DNA of 64,000 bases, taken from NCBI RefSeq assembly GCF_046119375.1, contig NW_027362772.1, forward strand, positions 279,000,001 to 279,064,000, given 5' to 3'. This document shows positions 59,940-64,000 of this stretch, piece by piece. This DNA is from Phyllobates terribilis (lineage: Eukaryota). Position 1 is the stretch's first letter. Every line of letters begins with the position of its first letter. Under the pieces are notes generated by a model. The model saw only the letters and a program-made list of their open reading frames with translations, ran no database searches and had not been told where the DNA came from. The position numbers and the translations under genes are program-made.

Positions 59940-60908
59940 TCAACGGCGTCTTCCTCCTGCTCTTTGCTTGTAGCTGGTTGTAACTTCAGACCCGTCCGGG
60001 TCCTCTTGCTCTTCCTCCTCACACCGCAGCTCTTCCTCCGTCAGGCGATGCACATGGAGGGCGTAGGGACCTTTGGCACACTTGTGCCGGGTGAAGGTGA
60101 CCTCGTCCCCGATGTAAAGGTCACGACCTCTGTGTCCCTCCGGTAGGTGGGACTCAACGTCTCTCCTGGTTACGAAGACGTCGCCTAGGGTGTGGTGGTC
60201 TCGGATGAAGCCCCACCCATGCTGCAGGTTAAACTTTATCACAGTCCCGGTGGTGCGGGGACTATGCGCTGCACGGGGGTCTCTCCTGGCCCGGCTCTTC
60301 TGCTCCGCGCTCCTTACTTGAGCTTGCTGTTCCCGGACCCGCCTCTCTCTCCGCTCCCTTGCGAACTCTTCGAGCTGCTGTCGGCAACACTCAGCACGCT
60401 CCGCTGCAGCTGCCCTGGTTTCCTGAGTGAACCCCATTAGATCTTCTCCGGTGGGGTCCCACTCAAACTGTGCTTCCGCTAGCGGGGGCGAGATCCGTGC
60501 CACGGGCTTCGGAGCCGGAATCAGGGGTTCATCCAGGGGTCTTAGTCTCTGCTGCCGTTCCAGCTCATGGTATTCTTCGGGCCAGATGAAGGGCCGACCG
60601 TCCGGCCATGTGAGCTGGCTGAACAAGACCTCCCCCAGGTGTGGCACCCTTGGTTTTACGGGCGCGGGCGCGGTGGTGGTGGCGCCCGGGTTGCCCAGGC
60701 CTTGCGGCCAGGCCTGGGGCACCTGGAAGGTGAAGGGCACCGCTAGGACGGCGGCGCCCTGGGCTACCTGGCCTTGCGGCCAGGCCGGAGGCTCCGCGGA
60801 GGTAGGGGGCGCTGTTGGTGATGCGGCGCCCGGGGGTACTAGGCCTTGCGACCAGGCTGGTGGTATTTCCTGCTTTGTCACGCTCCGGGTCGAGGCGCGT
60901 GACGTCAC
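59940..60908 (-). CDS. Element E ORF2 (322 aa): Pro/Gln-rich repeats, WDPTGEDLMG motif, coiled coil and cold-shock domain (60045-60248)
   Basis: GTVIKFNLQHGWGFIRDHHTLGDVFVTRRDVESHLPEGHRGRDLYIGDEVTFTRHKCAKGPYALHV. The start codon is a GTG overlapping the ORF1 stop. Confidence 0.75.
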   Translation of the reverse strand: MTSRASTRSVTKQEIPPAWSQGLVPPGAASPTAPPTSAEPPAWPQGQVAQGAAVLAVPFTFQVPQAWPQGLGNPGATTTAPAPVKPRVPHLGEVLFSQLTWPDGRPFIWPEEYHELERQQRLRPLDEPLIPAPKPVARISPPLAEAQFEWDPTGEDLMGFTQETRAAAAERAECCRQQLEEFARERRERRVREQQAQVRSAEQKSRARRDPRAAHSPRTTGTVIKFNLQHGWGFIRDHHTLGDVFVTRRDVESHLPEGHRGRDLYIGDEVTFTRHKCAKGPYALHVHRLTEEELRCEEEEQEDPDGSEVTTSYKQRAGGRRR

Positions 60909-61768
60909 AGGGGTCGCTGCGGCGGCTTCCGGTTGGGCCTAGTCCATAGCGGTGACATGGCGGCTACGGGCACAGCAGGGGGACTTTCGGGCTCTGCGAC
61001 GGGGAGCTGGGGCAGGTACGCGGTTTCCCGGTTTGGGGTGTAGGCGTCCCCTTTACCTGCCTCCATGCGTTCGGCTCCCTTCTCGGCGTCGTCTCCGGCC
61101 TTTGGTCCTCCCGCGCCATCCTCAGAGGCGGTCTGTTTCCTCTTCCAGGGTAGCGTGCTCCGTTGACTGGTCTCAGCTTGCTGGGCCATCTCCCGGCTCC
61201 ATTCCGCCAATATCTCGCGCTGTACCCGGGCCATCCTCCTTGCGAGGCCCTCCAGAGCGGTCTGTGCACACTCCCGGTCTCGGGGGAGCTGTGCAAGGAC
61301 CTCCACTAGGCCTAGTGGGGTCGTGGTGTCTAGCAGGCTCCTGACCAACGGGTCGGTGCTGCTCTGCTCTTCCTCCAGCAGGCTCCTGGCCAGCGGGCCG
61401 GTGCTGCTCTGCTCGCCTTCCTCGGTCTCTAGCAGACTCCTGGCCAGCGGGCCGGTGCTGTTCTGCTTTCTCTCCATGTCCGGGTAAGCTCCTCCGCTAC
61501 TCCTCGTTAGACTTCTTGCCTCCGGGTGCGCTCGCTCCAGACTGCTCCAGGCGGCACCCATCTTCGTTCTTTTCTTTCGTCTCCTCCCACTTCGAGGGCG
61601 GTCCCGGGGCAACTCGGTGACTGTCAGCTCCAGGGGCAGTTCTTTCACGCTGACAGACACCTCTAGCATCACAGTCTCTGTTGGTGGGGGCGGTTTCCAC
61701 TTTTGGCGCCATTTTCTGTCCTGGCCCACGATGGGAGGCGGCCTCCTGCCCTCCTTTGGCACGCCCAT
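60905..61768 (-). CDS. Element E ORF1 (287 aa from the first ATG; frame open from 62047): N-terminal block and coiled coil shared with D
   Basis: MGVPKEGRRPPPIVGQDRKWRQKWKPP...LP...PRDRPRSGR aligns with D MCVIKDDKKPPIVGRVPEWRQKHNPP...LP...PWDRPRKGR. Confidence 0.65.
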   Translation of the reverse strand: MGVPKEGRRPPPIVGQDRKWRQKWKPPPPTETVMLEVSVSVKELPLELTVTELPRDRPRSGRRRKKRTKMGAAWSSLERAHPEARSLTRSSGGAYPDMERKQNSTGPLARSLLETEEGEQSSTGPLARSLLEEEQSSTDPLVRSLLDTTTPLGLVEVLAQLPRDRECAQTALEGLARRMARVQREILAEWSREMAQQAETSQRSTLPWKRKQTASEDGAGGPKAGDDAEKGAERMEAGKGDAYTPNRETAYLPQLPVAEPESPPAVPVAAMSPLWTRPNRKPPQRPL

Positions 61769-64000
61769 AATGGCGTCCGCTGCTCTTCCAAGGCGGGAAA
61801 TCTTCGGATTTGGCGGGAAGCGTCGCCCAGTGGCGGGAAACTCTGCAGATGGCGGGAACAAGCTGGAAATGGCGGACAATCGGCGGGAAACGACCTGTGA
61901 TGGGGTCCGATGGCGTGGACCCTCCGGAACCGGCGGGAGACTTCTTTCTGAGGTAAACTTGCACTTTTCTTCAGGCACGCAGTACCCGGGTGTTGCGGGC
62001 ACGTAATCCTGCCGACTACGCCAAAGTTGACGCGCCCCCTGGGACATATTCCTTTTTGAGGGGAATACCCGGCACCGGATCAGATGGGAGTTGTAGTCTT
62101 CCGAGTGGCTGTGACCCGGTCCGTGCCCAGGGTGTCAAACTCAGTTGTATGTGGCAGTCCTACAGATGTTATTAAGAGTTCTATCCTGCCGACTACGCCA
62201 AAGTTGACGCGCCCCCTGGGACATATTCCTTTTTGAGGGGAATACCCGGCACCGGATCAGATGGGGGGTTGTAGTCTCCGAGCGGCTGTGACCCGGTCCG
62301 TGCCCAGGGCGTCAAACTCAGTGTTATGTGGCAGTCCTACAGATGTTATTAAGAGTTCTTTTGTGTCGACTACGCCACCCGTTGTGATGCGGTCACTGTG
62401 GCCGCCGCTGCAGCAGGGTCCGCTGAGGCTGATGGTGGGTGCGCAGCTTGGTGGGATAACCCCCAACGGGAGGGGTATAGCCTCAGGGGGGACAGGTGCA
62501 GAGGATGGGGGTTGTGGTGGTGCAGTGCAGACGGCAATGAAGACAGAGTCGGGTTGTGCAGTTAAGGGTGTTTACTTACTGCAGATGTTGTACTGGTCAC
62601 TCCAGCTTCGAGTGACCACCCGAGCCGTGCTGCGTCCACCAGGTCCTGGATCCAGCCAACCCCCAAACAAGTCCGGAGCGTGGCCCTGAGCTCTCCTTCT
62701 GTCCCGTTCTCTGGCCGTCCCCACCAGTGATCCACCTAGGTCCAGCTCCCTCGGGCCTTCTGTTGGGACACCCTTGGCCTTGGGTTCCCTGACCCTTCAT
62801 GTGGTGTGCCTTCGGGGTGGATGTGATGGGTGACCGTGGCAAACGCTGCCCACGGTCTCCGGTCTCTGGCTAGGGTGTGTTTTCTGCCCCCACCAGCTTG
62901 GGTTCCGGTACCCTGTGCCGACTCCTCACCCGGTGCTTTAATTTGGGTTCTTGGGTCCTCTCTGTTTTCCCCTCTGGGTACTCCTTCTCTGCTCCTCTCT
63001 CACTCAGGGTCTTTCTTCTCCTCTGCTCGCTGACTTGTTCTCTGCATCTGACCCTGTTCTTAGTTGGTGCCCACCTTATATACACCCTCTATGTGTGAGC
63101 TCAGGTGACCAGCACCCAATGAGCTCCTATCTTTACCCAGGCTGCTCCCCCTATCTGCCCCTACACTACTTGGGATGTACCACCCCCCTCCCACTCCAGC
63201 CAGGAACAGACTCGGTCGTACCTGCACATTTCTAAGTGGGAGTACCGTCGGCCTGTTCCTCGGAAATGGGATGTGTGTAGTGCATGCAGCCTACCGAGCT
63301 CAGTTTCACACTCCTTCCTTACCCGGGAGTGGAATATCACACCTCTGGGTTGAGGTGCAATACCCCTGTAGCAGCCGAATCCTCAGGGTGCTACATTAGT
63401 CTATGGAAGACCCGAGCAGTTTTGCGGTGGCACCCCCGGCAGTCTTTTAAAAGCTTAACAAGTGCCCAAAACGATAGTGACAGTGCTCAAATGACATGGG
63501 GACAGCATGGGGATCGCCCCAGGAAGCATTTCTAACCCCCAGGTCATTGCTGTCAACAACGTGGTCAGAGGTATTAAGCCACTTTTAAGGGCTCACAATA
63601 AAACGTTCAAAAACGAAACTGAAACTGCTTTACTGTGAAATATGTTAAGGAAGTTCCTTTCCAGGGTAAAGACTTGTGTATAAGATAAAATAAATAACCC
63701 CCCCAAAAAATACTCCACCACACCTTGGGCTATGTTCACAAGTAGCATTTTTTTATGCGTTTTTGCACTTTTGTATTGCTTTCAACCGTGACAAATGCAT
63801 TCACAGGGAAATGTCATTTTAACATTTTACAACCTTATCAGGCCATGTGCTGTGTGACACATGCATACAGTGCTGAAAGACATGGGAACAGCATGGGGAA
63901 GACCCCTGGAAGCATCTCTGACACCCAGGTCACCGCCTAAAAGTGTGCCCATCAGTAGTGATCCTTGCCGCATCAGAAGATGCAGACTTGCAACTATCCC

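Larger units (their letters stand above)
58308..63395 (-). mobile_element. Complete non-autonomous LTR retrotransposon E (5088 bp) encoding a cold-shock-domain protein; very young
   Basis: 1191-bp LTRs at 58308-59498 and 62205-63395; the ORF-track translations of both copies are identical. TSD TTAG. PPT at 59499-59509. Two full PBS copies (62183-62200, 62006-62023). No gag, RT or IN. Confidence 0.95.
58209..64000. mobile_element. hAT-type non-autonomous element inserted in D and itself interrupted by E; other end not in the window
   Basis: Begins TAGTGTTGAGCG with CTCGGG/CCCGAG subterminal repeats, and resumes after the TSD of E at 63400. Confidence 0.6.

Noticed and set aside
60045-60248. 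Bacterial origin or contamination as the source of the cold-shock domain
   Set aside because: The domain is embedded in LTR elements with TSDs in vertebrate DNA. The donor cannot be assigned without a phylogeny, so no horizontal-transfer claim is made.

Overview
Vertebrate genomic DNA, most likely a frog (inferred from the transposon families and a three-exon NNMT/INMT-like gene). The window is mostly nested transposable elements around one intact host gene, an NNMT/INMT-family N-methyltransferase (minus strand, CDS exons 39799-39949, 29376-29583 and 27295-27724, 262 aa). The left part has a long inverted-repeat element. Its left arm carries a DD35E Tc1 (Traveler-type) and an 18-kb hAT. The hAT in turn contains two solo LTRs, a piggyBac MITE, a YR (Ngaro-like) fragment and a ~108-bp tandem array holding an intact chromodomain Gypsy that looks self-priming. 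The right part has two near-identical tRNA-Ser-primed Gypsy elements (B at 30419-38323 in intron 1 with one nonsense mutation; C at 47034-54841, intact). It also has two LTR elements with no gag or pol (D from 55128; E at 58308-63395) that instead encode a homologous protein ending in a cold-shock domain. The best candidate for an undescribed system is this set: CSD-carrying non-autonomous LTR retrotransposons, their likely helper Gypsy, a second tRNA-matched PBS-like motif inside every LTR of the clade, and a conserved post-PBS hairpin. Coordinates were counted by hand. No database search was run, so novelty claims are untested.
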